Below are positions 1 through 7,690 of a DNA stretch of 43,780 bases, piece after piece. Source of the stretch: Mollicutes bacterium. GTDB taxonomy: Bacteria > Bacillota_I > Bacilli_A > RF39 > UBA660. The first letter of the stretch is position 1. Each line of letters starts with the position of its first letter. The stretch covers positions 1 to 43,780 of the forward strand of contig PWLE01000022.1 of assembly GCA_003559495.1 (NCBI GenBank). Reading direction: 5' to 3'. The notes beneath the pieces are model-generated. The model worked only from the letters and a program-made list of their open reading frames with translations, had not been told where the DNA came from and did not search any database. Position numbers and translations under genes: made by a program.

Positions 1-1274
1 AAGCGGGTGTTCATCGTTGGCCGGAACATGTGGGCAATGGGTATTCGGTTCGGTGTTTGCTTGCTGTAGAGGAAGAAGAGGAAGAGGGGGAAGAAGAGAT
101 AACGTTTATTAATTCTTTCGGTGGAACAGATTTTGATTATTTCTTTGCTGTTGACATAGCTAGTGATGGTGGATATATTGCCGCTGGAGAAGCTGGTTCT
201 GATGATGGTGATGTATTAGAAACTCATATTGGTGGTTGGCGGGATGGGATTTTAGTAAAATATGGTTCTACTGGTAGTGTGGATTGGCACAAGAATTTCG
301 GGGGAACTAGTCCAGATGAATTTTGGGATGTTAAGTATACAAATGATGGTGGTTATATAGCTGTCGGGGGTAGTCGCTCCGATGATCATCATTTAGAAGG
401 AATTGGTGATGGCAACACGAATGCTGTAATTGTAAAATATGATTCTGTTGGTGATATAGACTGGGTAAAAATGTTTGGCGGCTCTAATGTTGACAAATTT
501 TTAGGAGTTGCACAGACTAGTGACAATGGTTATATTGTTGTTGGAGAATCACAGTCAAATGATGGCGATGTGGCAGGAATGTTGAATGGTGGGAAAGATG
601 CTATAATAGTGAAATATGATTCGGAAGGTAATGTTGAATGGAACAAGAATTTTGGTGGCACAGGTTGGGATGAATTTTGGGATGTTACTCAAACTACAGA
701 TGGTAAATTTGTAGCAGTCGGAAAAAGAGGAACGAATAATGCTATGATAGTTAAATATGATGCAACAGGAGATTTGGTTTGGAATAAATATTTTGGTGGT
801 AGTGAACTAGACCGGTTCCGAACGGTAAAACAAACAAATGATGGTGGTTTTATTGTTGCAGGAGACTCTCGTTCTAATGATGGTGATTTAGCAGGATTAA
901 ATAATGGAAATTCTGATGGAATAATCGTCAAGTATGATTCAGAGGGTAATGTCGAGTGGAATAAAAATTTTGGTAGCAATAGTTGGGATGGCTTTAAGGG
1001 ACTAGATATAACAACTGATGGCAAATACGTAGCAGCAGGTGAGGCTAATAATTTAGCTGTTTTGGTTCAATATGATACTGCTGGTAATGTCGAGTGGTAT
1101 ACAGAATTTGGCGGAAGTTCGTATGAAGAATTTTGGGATGTTAAGCAAACCCTTGATGGCGGGTTCGTAGCAGCAGGTGTTGCATCATCTACGGATGGTG
1201 ATTTAGCAGAACACCATGGTGATGAATATTATGCTTTTATTGTTAAATTTGATTCTAATGGTAATTTTGAATAA
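1..1274 (+). CDS. Surface or secreted repeat protein, 5'-truncated by the window edge. Tail of a Fib_succ_major-like domain (...GYSVRCL), a poly-Glu linker, then seven beta-propeller-type repeats.
   Basis: The frame is open from nt 3 to the TAA at 1272-1274, so GTG at 30 is only the first in-window start. EEEEEEGEEE linker. The repeat unit FGG(T/S)..D.F...DGG(Y/F)I..G....(I/V)VKYDS.GNVEWNKN recurs seven times. Confidence 0.7.
   Translation, partial: AGVHRWPEHVGNGYSVRCLLAVEEEEEEGEEEITFINSFGGTDFDYFFAVDIASDGGYIAAGEAGSDDGDVLETHIGGWRDGILVKYGSTGSVDWHKNFGGTSPDEFWDVKYTNDGGYIAVGGSRSDDHHLEGIGDGNTNAVIVKYDSVGDIDWVKMFGGSNVDKFLGVAQTSDNGYIVVGESQSNDGDVAGMLNGGKDAIIVKYDSEGNVEWNKNFGGTGWDEFWDVTQTTDGKFVAVGKRGTNNAMIVKYDATGDLVWNKYFGGSELDRFRTVKQTNDGGFIVAGDSRSNDGDLAGLNNGNSDGIIVKYDSEGNVEWNKNFGSNSWDGFKGLDITTDGKYVAAGEANNLAVLVQYDTAGNVEWYTEFGGSSYEEFWDVKQTLDGGFVAAGVASSTDGDLAEHHGDEYYAFIVKFDSNGNFE
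117..1271 (+). repeat. Seven tandem intragenic coding repeats (about 140-180 nt each), predicted 7-bladed beta-propeller (SBBP or delta-60-like)
   Basis: Each unit begins FG(G/S) and ends with a VKYD..G.V.W strand. Units 4 and 6 are about 12 aa shorter and lack the S.SNDGD..G loop. Confidence 0.65.
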
Positions 1275-1297
1275 GACCATAATATAATCCAAGATAG

Positions 1298-1325
1298 AAA
1301 AAACAAGTTTATGCTTGTTTTTTTA
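1298..1325 (+). terminator. Rho-independent terminator after the repeat protein
   Basis: Stem AAACAAG (1301-1307) pairs with CTTGTTT (1314-1320), loop TTTATG, followed by a T-run. Confidence 0.7.
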
Positions 1326-1341
1326 ATAATGATTGTAATAG

Positions 1342-1370
1342 TTGACATATGTTATTAAATCTAGTACAAT
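1342..1370 (+). promoter_or_regulatory. Sigma-A type promoter of rplM-rpsI
   Basis: TTGACA (1342-1347), 17-nt spacer, TACAAT (1365-1370). Confidence 0.7.
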
Positions 1371-1449
1371 GCTACTTGGTACATTTTCTAATTTGCGACA
1401 GAAATATTGGGACTATTTCTGCTGTAAAATAAGAAGAAAGGAAGATATT
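1371..1449 (+). promoter_or_regulatory. rplM 5' leader with hairpin (candidate L13 leader)
   Basis: 8-bp stem CAGAAATA (1399-1406) pairs with TATTTCTG (1414-1421), 7-nt loop, lying between the promoter and the SD of rplM. Confidence 0.4.
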
Positions 1450-1917
1450 ATGCAAAAAACATATATGCAACCAAAAGAAGCAATCAATCGCGAATGGTTT
1501 TTAGTTGATGCAACTAATCAACCTTTAGGAAGATTAGCTAGTACGGTAGCAAAAATTTTACGTGGCAAACACAAAAAAACTTTCACGCCGCATAATGACA
1601 ATGGTGATTTTGTTATTGTTGTTAATGCTGATAAAATAAAACTTACGGGTGACAAATTAGAAAAAAAAATATATTACAATCATAGTGGTTATCCAGGAGG
1701 ACTGCGAGAGCGAAAAGCAAAAGTAATGAAGGAAAAATATCCGCAAGAAATGGTTGAAAGAGCGATTAAGGGGATGCTTCCTAAAAATCGTTTGGGAAAT
1801 CAAATCTATCGCAAATTATTCGTTTATAAAGGCGAAGAGCATCCTCATCAGGCACAACAACCAAAAGAAATAAATGTGTTAAATAAAGGAGGCAAAGATG
1901 AAGAAAAAGATATTTAA
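1450..1917 (+). CDS. rplM: 50S ribosomal protein L13
   Basis: [21 protein letters not shown] matches the L13 N-terminus. SD gaaagga lies upstream of ATG 1450. The longer ORF from 1342 would begin inside the promoter. Confidence 0.95.
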   Translation: MQKTYMQPKEAINREWFLVDATNQPLGRLASTVAKILRGKHKKTFTPHNDNGDFVIVVNADKIKLTGDKLEKKIYYNHSGYPGGLRERKAKVMKEKYPQEMVERAIKGMLPKNRLGNQIYRKLFVYKGEEHPHQAQQPKEINVLNKGGKDEEKDI

Positions 1918-2311
1918 AGGCGTTGGCAGAAGAAAACAATCAATCGCCCAAGTAGCGTTAACAAAAGGAACAGGCAAAATAACTGTTAATGGCGTTGATG
2001 TTCGAGAATTTTTTCCTTATGAAACAAATGTCCTTGATTTAAAACAGCCCCTCGTATTAACACAAACTGCGGAATCAGTAAATCTTGATATTAAAGTTAG
2101 CGGTGGCGGCTTTAATGGTCAGGCCGGTGCTGCTCGATTAGGAATTGCTCGTGCTTTGTTAGAATATGATAGTGTTAATGAAGATAGTGAAGAAAGTTTT
2201 CGCAAATTATTAAAAAAAGCAGGATTTTTAACGCGTGATGACCGTAAAAAAGAACGGAAAAAACCAGGTTTGAAAAAAGCAAGAAAAGCACCACAGTTTT
2301 CCAAAAGATAA
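1898..2311 (+). CDS. rpsI: 30S ribosomal protein S9
   Basis: GRRK motif near the N-terminus and the C-terminal ...FSKR typical of S9. aaggagg SD. Overlaps the rplM end by 20 nt. Confidence 0.96.
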   Translation: MKKKIFKGVGRRKQSIAQVALTKGTGKITVNGVDVREFFPYETNVLDLKQPLVLTQTAESVNLDIKVSGGGFNGQAGAARLGIARALLEYDSVNEDSEESFRKLLKKAGFLTRDDRKKERKKPGLKKARKAPQFSKR

Positions 2312-2334
2312 GAAGATTTTCTTCTTTTTTTTTT
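2310..2334 (+). terminator. Rho-independent terminator after rpsI
   Basis: AAGAAG (2310-2315) pairs with CTTCTT (2321-2326), followed by a T-run. Confidence 0.65.
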
Positions 2335-2339
2335 GAAAC

Positions 2340-2368
2340 TTTACAAGTAACTAATTGTTTGCTATAAT
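2340..2368 (+). promoter_or_regulatory. Promoter of rpsF-ssb-rpsR
   Basis: TTTACA (2340-2345), 17-nt spacer ending in TGc (extended -10), TATAAT (2363-2368). Confidence 0.6.
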
Positions 2369-2436
2369 CAAAACCGAGTATTAATTACTCCCCTTGCAAG
2401 AAATTGCCAAGAGACCATAAGGAGGTGTAGAAAAAA
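2369..2436 (+). promoter_or_regulatory. rpsF 5' leader with two hairpins (candidate S6:S18-binding leader)
   Basis: Hairpin 1: GAGTA (2376-2380) pairs with TACTC (2386-2390). Hairpin 2: CTTGCAA-GAAA-TTGcCAAG (2393-2411) with a GAAA loop and a bulged C, directly before the SD aaggaggtg. Confidence 0.4.
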
Positions 2437-2724
2437 ATGCGATATGAAATAATGTTAATCTTAAAACCAACATTGAGTGAAGAAGAATTAGCGCAAGCAA
2501 TTGAAAAATACGCAAGTATTTTGTCTGATAAAAGTGCTAAAGTAGTAAATTCACAAAAAAAGGGCAGTCAAGAATTAGCATATGAAATCAAAAATTTTAA
2601 AACGGGTTTTTATCATTTGTTTGAAGTAGAAGCAACTGATGATGCAACAACTCGCGAGTTTGATCGTGTTGCGTCAATTAGTGATGATGTCATTCGTCAT
2701 TTAATTACGCGAAAAGGAGAATAA
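2437..2724 (+). CDS. rpsF: 30S ribosomal protein S6
   Basis: MRYEIMLILKP... N-terminus typical of S6. Conserved position upstream of ssb-rpsR. Confidence 0.95.
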   Translation: MRYEIMLILKPTLSEEELAQAIEKYASILSDKSAKVVNSQKKGSQELAYEIKNFKTGFYHLFEVEATDDATTREFDRVASISDDVIRHLITRKGE

Positions 2725-2743
2725 AAGAAAGAAGGGATAAAAA

Positions 2744-3211
2744 ATGAATCGAGTAAGTTTAGTGGGACGTTTAACTAATAAACCAGAATTGCGACATACT
2801 AATAACGCGGAAGTTCCCGTGGCTAGATTTGGTTTAGCGGTTACAAGACCATTTAATCGTGACGAAGTAGATTTTATTAATATTGTCGCTTGGCGAAAAC
2901 AAGCCGAAAATGTTTCTAATTATTTGGATAAGGGTAGTTTAGTTTCGGTTGATGGACGAATTCAAACTGGAACGTATAATGATAAAGACGGCAATAAAAG
3001 ATATTCTTTTGATGTTATTGCTGATAACATTCAGTTTTTAGAAACTAAAGCGCAAGCAGAGCAAAGAAGACAGCAAGAAAATAATAGTCAAGGACCAGAT
3101 CCTTATGATTTTCAGCAAAATCAAGCTGAAAATCAAGATTTAGAAAGTCAAGACGATATTTACAGTAATATGGGAGATAGCATCGCCCTTGATGATGCTG
3201 ATATTGATTAG
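2744..3211 (+). CDS. ssb: Single-stranded DNA-binding protein
   Basis: [17 protein letters not shown]... OB-fold N-terminus, Q/N-rich linker, acidic C-terminus. Lies between rpsF and rpsR. Confidence 0.93.
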   Translation: MNRVSLVGRLTNKPELRHTNNAEVPVARFGLAVTRPFNRDEVDFINIVAWRKQAENVSNYLDKGSLVSVDGRIQTGTYNDKDGNKRYSFDVIADNIQFLETKAQAEQRRQQENNSQGPDPYDFQQNQAENQDLESQDDIYSNMGDSIALDDADID

Positions 3212-3222
3212 AAGGAGGAATT

Positions 3223-3447
3223 ATGGCAGCGTTCTATCGAAAAAAGAAAAAAGTTTGTCAAATGTGCACTGGCAAAGAAGTTGATTATAAAGATGTTGAA
3301 ATAATAAAAAAATATATAAGTGCTGATAAAGGAAAAATTTTACCTAGAAGAGCAACTGGTGCATGTGCTAAACATCAAAGACATATAGCCAAAGAAGTAA
3401 AAAAAGCAAGATTTATGGCACTTATACCATATGTTAATAAGCAATAA
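3223..3447 (+). CDS. rpsR: 30S ribosomal protein S18 (Cys-containing form)
   Basis: ...[32 protein letters not shown] matches the S18 core. CQMC lies near the N-terminus. Confidence 0.95.
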   Translation: MAAFYRKKKKVCQMCTGKEVDYKDVEIIKKYISADKGKILPRRATGACAKHQRHIAKEVKKARFMALIPYVNKQ

Positions 3448-3467
3448 AAAAATTGCTTATTTTTTTG
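3436..3467 (+). terminator. Rho-independent terminator after rpsR
   Basis: 10-bp stem AATAAGCAAT (3436-3445) pairs with ATTGCTTATT (3452-3461), A6 loop, T-run. Confidence 0.8.
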
Positions 3468-3501
3468 CAAAAAAATGATATAATAAATAAGAGGTGATTT
3501 G

Positions 3502-4440
3502 ATGAACAAGGTTATTGAAGTAGAAAATTTAACTAAAAGATATGGTAATCTAACGGCTTTAAATAAATTTTCTTTTTCTGTTAAAGAAGGTGAAATTTTT
3601 GGTCTGTTAGGACCGAATGGCAGCGGTAAAACAACGGCAATTAATTCTATTTTAGGTTTGTTAAAAATTAACGAAGGAAAAATACAAATTTTTGGCAAGC
3701 AAATGCAACCAGATGCTTATGATATAAAAAAGGATATTGGCGTTATTTTGCAAAATGTGGCTGTTTTTGATTCCTTAACAGTTTATGAAAATATTGATTA
3801 TTTTTGTGGATTATATGTTGCAAACAAAGAAACTCGGAAAAAATTAGTTAACGAGGCGATTAAAGTTGTCGGATTAGAAAAATATAAAACTTTTACACCA
3901 CCGAAACTTAGTGGTGGTCTATTACGCCGTTTAAATATTGCGTGTGGCATCGCCCATAAACCAAAATTACTCTTTTTAGATGAACCAACGGTTGCTGTTG
4001 ATCCACAAAGTCGAAATAATATTTTAGAATCAATAAAAAAATTAAATCAACAAGGAACAACTATTATTTATACAACTCATTATATGGAAGAGGTTGAATT
4101 TTTGTGTGATCGGGTATTAATTATTGATCATGGCAAAAGTGTTGCCGAAGGAACTGTTGAGCAATTGAAAAAGCAAGCAACAATTGATGAAAAAATAGAA
4201 GTTGAATTTGATGAAATTGCTGAAAACAAAATCGCTAAAATAAAAAAATTACCAAACGTCAAAGATGTTTTAGTAGAACCACAAAAGATAACAATTTATT
4301 TTGCGAAAGAAAATCAAAATATGACTAAATTATTAGAATTATTAAAAAAAGAAGATATTAAAGCAAATGCCGTCAATTTGCAAAAACCAACCTTGAATGA
4401 TGTGTTTTTAGAAATAACCGGACGGGAGTTGAGGGATTAG
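3502..4440 (+). CDS. ABC transporter ATP-binding protein (ABC-2 / DrrA-NatA-LnrL type)
   Basis: Walker A GPNGSGKTT, signature LSGGLLRR, Walker B LLFLDEPT, H-loop TTH, about 90-aa C-terminal accessory domain. SD gaggtg. ATG 3502 is preferred over TTG 3499. Confidence 0.9.
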   Translation: MNKVIEVENLTKRYGNLTALNKFSFSVKEGEIFGLLGPNGSGKTTAINSILGLLKINEGKIQIFGKQMQPDAYDIKKDIGVILQNVAVFDSLTVYENIDYFCGLYVANKETRKKLVNEAIKVVGLEKYKTFTPPKLSGGLLRRLNIACGIAHKPKLLFLDEPTVAVDPQSRNNILESIKKLNQQGTTIIYTTHYMEEVEFLCDRVLIIDHGKSVAEGTVEQLKKQATIDEKIEVEFDEIAENKIAKIKKLPNVKDVLVEPQKITIYFAKENQNMTKLLELLKKEDIKANAVNLQKPTLNDVFLEITGRELRD

Positions 4441-4441
4441 C

Positions 4442-5560
4442 ATGTTTTATCATGTGTTCAAGTATCGTTTTAAACGATTATTACGCGAAAAAACATTACT
4501 CTTCTGGGCCTTATTATTCCCTTGTATTTTGGCAACCTTGTTTAATTTTGCTTTTAGTAATTTTGATGAAATGATGGTTTTTCGAACAATTCGAATTGGT
4601 ATTGTTGAAAATAAGGAGCACGAAATCAAATATTTGCTTGAAGATTTAGAAGTTGAAGAGCGAGAAATTTTTTCGGTGCAATATTTATCAGAGGAAGAAG
4701 CCGAAGAAGAATTATTAGCGGGCAGTATTAGTTCTTATCTTGTTATTGATGAAAAGTTAAAATTAGTAACTGATCGCAGTGGTTATGATCAAACAATTAC
4801 CAAACATGTTTTGGATAATTTTTTACAAGCATCGGCAACGATAAATAATTTAATGCAAAGAGATCCGCAAAAAGCAAATGAAATTTTATTGGAAGGTATA
4901 AATCTTGATAAGGAATTTGTTGAGCGTGATTTGCAAGGTGATAATAATATAATGTTAGTTAGTTTTTATAGTTTGATTGCTTTAGGGGCAATTTATGGTG
5001 GTTTTTTTGGAATGAAAACAATTAATGAAACAGAAGGGAATTTAAGTGCTTACGGCATTAAACATGTTATTGTGCCATTTCATAAAATAAAAATAATTTT
5101 TCCTTCCATTACAGTAGATGTTTTTGTTCAATCAATGGCAATGATTTTATTAGTTTCCTATATGCTATTATTAGGAATTGATTTTGGTGATTATTTATTC
5201 TTTGTTTATTTAGTTGCTGTTTTCGGAGGGGTAGTTGGTATTGTAATTGGTGCTTTAATTGGGTTAAGTAGTCGTCTTGATGCGGTAAAAAAAGATAATA
5301 TTTTATCAGCCGTTGGTTTTATGATGGCCTTTTTATCAGGGATGGTAATTGTTAATGTTAAACATTGGGTGCAAAGTGGCGCGCCTTGGTTGGCACAAAT
5401 TAATCCTGCCAATTTAATTACTGATAGTTTATATGCTTTATATTATTATGAAACAATGGATCGTTATTATTATAATTTAATAACAATGGGCCTTATTACA
5501 ATTGTTTTGTTAATTGTGATTAGTGTTTTTGTTAGGAGGCGACAATATGATAGTGTTTAA
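4442..5560 (+). CDS. ABC-2 family permease, subunit 1
   Basis: One N-terminal TM, about 150-aa acidic extracytoplasmic loop, then a cluster of about five TMs. Starts 1 nt after the ATPase stop. Confidence 0.8.
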   Translation: MFYHVFKYRFKRLLREKTLLFWALLFPCILATLFNFAFSNFDEMMVFRTIRIGIVENKEHEIKYLLEDLEVEEREIFSVQYLSEEEAEEELLAGSISSYLVIDEKLKLVTDRSGYDQTITKHVLDNFLQASATINNLMQRDPQKANEILLEGINLDKEFVERDLQGDNNIMLVSFYSLIALGAIYGGFFGMKTINETEGNLSAYGIKHVIVPFHKIKIIFPSITVDVFVQSMAMILLVSYMLLLGIDFGDYLFFVYLVAVFGGVVGIVIGALIGLSSRLDAVKKDNILSAVGFMMAFLSGMVIVNVKHWVQSGAPWLAQINPANLITDSLYALYYYETMDRYYYNLITMGLITIVLLIVISVFVRRRQYDSV

Positions 5561-6692
5561 AAATTATTTTAAATTGTTGCGAAATGCCTATTTAACTATT
5601 TTTATATTTTTGGCAATTACTATTTTTATGACCGTTATTTTTACAATGCAAACACCACCACAAGAGGAGTTTCAAACAATGACGCCAATTATTACCGTTA
5701 TTAATAATGATGATGGTGAAATTGCGGCCGGCTTAGTAGATTTTTTATCCGAAAAGGCCCAATTGAAAGATTTGGCAGAAGATGAAATTAAAGATGAGTT
5801 ATTTTTTGCAGAAATAGCTGCTGCGGTTGTTATTAAAGAAGGTTTTTCGGAACAATTAAAAAAAGGTAAGGAACCAAAAATTCAAATAATACAATCGCCA
5901 GAGCGGGTTTCGGCCATTAATATTGGATTATTAGTTAACAAATATTTAAATTTGGCAAGTCTTTATTTGCAAACGGATTTAGAAGCAGCAGAAATAGTAG
6001 CATTGTTAGAGGAAGATCTTGCTGAAGAAGTAGCAATTGATTTTCAAAAAGACGAAGAAGAAATAACAGCATTAGATAAAACAACGGTATACTTTAATTT
6101 TGTTGGCTATGGTCTTTTAGCAGCCATTATTGGTAGTGTCGCTTTTATTATGAGAAGCTATTATGACATTAATATTAGAATGCGTTCTGCTTGTGCGCCC
6201 ATTAGTCGGGCAAGGTATAATCAACAAATTATTATGGGCAATATTGTGCTTGCTACTTTCTTATGGTTTATTTTTATTTTAGTCGCCTATCTATTTTTTG
6301 GTAATCTGCTTTTTTCTTTAAATGCGAGTTTAATGATTATTCAAGCTTTTGTTTATGCCCAAGTTGCTTTAGCAATTGCTTATGCCATTGGTATTTTTGT
6401 TAAAAGTAGTGAAGTGCAAAACGGTTTAGCAACGGTAGTTCCTCTAGCATTAGCTTTTCTAGGAGGCGCTTTTGTTCCGCAATTTATATTAGGCGAGAAT
6501 GTTTTGCGAGTAGCGCAATTCACCCCTTTGTATTGGTATGTACGTTTAAATGATATGCTAAGTGAATCAGGAATAAATAGTAACATTTGGCAGGAGTTTT
6601 ATTTAACAATCATGATCCTACTTCTTTTTATGGTAATTATTTATGGGATTGTATTTTTCTTACAAAGAAAGTATTTACAATTTATTAATTAA
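5547..6692 (+). CDS. ABC-2 family permease, subunit 2
   Basis: Same topology as subunit 1. aggagg SD before ATG 5547. Overlaps the upstream gene by 14 nt. Confidence 0.8.
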   Translation: MIVFKNYFKLLRNAYLTIFIFLAITIFMTVIFTMQTPPQEEFQTMTPIITVINNDDGEIAAGLVDFLSEKAQLKDLAEDEIKDELFFAEIAAAVVIKEGFSEQLKKGKEPKIQIIQSPERVSAINIGLLVNKYLNLASLYLQTDLEAAEIVALLEEDLAEEVAIDFQKDEEEITALDKTTVYFNFVGYGLLAAIIGSVAFIMRSYYDINIRMRSACAPISRARYNQQIIMGNIVLATFLWFIFILVAYLFFGNLLFSLNASLMIIQAFVYAQVALAIAYAIGIFVKSSEVQNGLATVVPLALAFLGGAFVPQFILGENVLRVAQFTPLYWYVRLNDMLSESGINSNIWQEFYLTIMILLLFMVIIYGIVFFLQRKYLQFIN

Positions 6693-6703
6693 GGCGAGGT
6701 TGA

Positions 6704-7351
6704 ATGAAAAAGGAATTAAAGCAAGATATTAAAAAAAACAAGCAGGATATTTTAATAATTGATGTTGAAAAATATGGCAAGAAGAATGTTGTTGCTAATT
6801 TTCCGGAATTTATTAAACTACAAAAAAAAGTAAAATTCAGCAACCATCAGGATGTTAATTTTGATTGCTTTGCTAACGCTTGTAATATTTTTGAAAAACA
6901 AAAACAATATGAATATATTTATGATGTGATTTGTGATTATCTTGATGAACAATTTCAAAAAAATAATCACTGTCAATTTAGTAGTAATGTATGCATTTCA
7001 GGAAGGAATAAAGATTCTCATTATTATTTTTCTGGCTGTTGTCATATTTATCCTCGTAATAATTGGTATTGCAAGATTATTAAAAAAATTTTGAAAAGGC
7101 AAGGTATTTTAACATTGAATTTATCAAAATCAACAAAATGTCCGCATTTGTCTGGTAAAGAATGTCAGATAAAAGCAATTTCCTGCAAATTATTTACTTG
7201 CCAGTATTTAAAAAAACAAAAAATTGACTACAAAATAGATGATTTTTGGTTATTAAAATATTTTTTTAACAAAAGGCAAAAACAAATTTTACAATACAGT
7301 TTTTATCATGATAAAGAAGAAATAATTAAACAATTATTAAAATATATTTAA
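6704..7351 (+). CDS. Hypothetical Lys-rich, 12-Cys protein, distantly YkgJ/CxxCxxCC-like (putative Zn/Fe-chelating domain)
   Basis: 215 aa. Cys clusters HCQFSSNVCISG...GCCH and KCPHLSGKECQIKAISCKLFTCQ. No TM segment or signal peptide. 11-nt gap after the permease with SD gaggt. Confidence 0.6.
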   Translation: MKKELKQDIKKNKQDILIIDVEKYGKKNVVANFPEFIKLQKKVKFSNHQDVNFDCFANACNIFEKQKQYEYIYDVICDYLDEQFQKNNHCQFSSNVCISGRNKDSHYYFSGCCHIYPRNNWYCKIIKKILKRQGILTLNLSKSTKCPHLSGKECQIKAISCKLFTCQYLKKQKIDYKIDDFWLLKYFFNKRQKQILQYSFYHDKEEIIKQLLKYI

Positions 7352-7354
7352 ATG

Positions 7355-7383
7355 TAGAAAAATTTATTTGTCTATGATATAAT
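7355..7383 (+). promoter_or_regulatory. Possible internal promoter
   Basis: TAGAAA (7355-7360), 17-nt spacer with TGa, TATAAT (7378-7383). Confidence 0.4.
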
Positions 7384-7417
7384 GAAGACAAAGTTTTTGG
7401 GAAAGTAGGTGAAGAGC

Positions 7418-7690
7418 ATGACTGATAAAAAAATAACTGTTTGGCATGATGATAAAGAACAAGAAGCGGAGATTATTAGTGTCTTTGAAATTCCTGAATT
7501 TGGTAAAGAGTATGTTGTTTATACTTTTAATGAAATGCGAAACGACAGCATTAAAGTTTTAGTTTCGACTTTAAGACGTGAAGGCGACAACTATATTTTT
7601 GAAAATATCGCCACGGAAGAAGAATGGAAGATATTAAAAGAGAAAATAAAGGAAGTAGCGCAAAAAGGAAAGGAAGTAGAAAATGAGTGA
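7418..7690 (+). CDS. DUF1292 (YrzB/UPF0473-like) small protein
   Basis: ITVWHDDKEQEAEIISVFEIPEFGKEYVVYTF...VLVSTLRREGDNYIFENIATEEEW fits the DUF1292 pattern. ATG 7418 lies 7 nt after aggtg; GTG 7409 is the alternative start. Confidence 0.75.
   Translation: MTDKKITVWHDDKEQEAEIISVFEIPEFGKEYVVYTFNEMRNDSIKVLVSTLRREGDNYIFENIATEEEWKILKEKIKEVAQKGKEVENE

Noticed and set aside
1342-1449. N-terminal extensions in the supplied ORFs for rplM (1342), rplW (11264), rpsC (13066), rplP (13607), rpmC (14136), rpsQ (14320), rplE (15316), rpsH (16070), gpsA (24033), trxB (26330), yycJ (33533) and frr (37246)
   Set aside because: In each case an internal ATG preceded by a good SD reproduces the conserved N-terminus of the family. 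The extension would overlap a promoter or the upstream gene.
3476-3484. A full -35/-10 promoter for the ABC operon
   Set aside because: An extended -10 (TGaTATAAT, 3476-3484) is visible. However, the nearest TTGCAA (3465-3470) is only 8 nt upstream and no properly spaced -35 exists. I left it unannotated as too uncertain, and read-through from rpsR is also possible.
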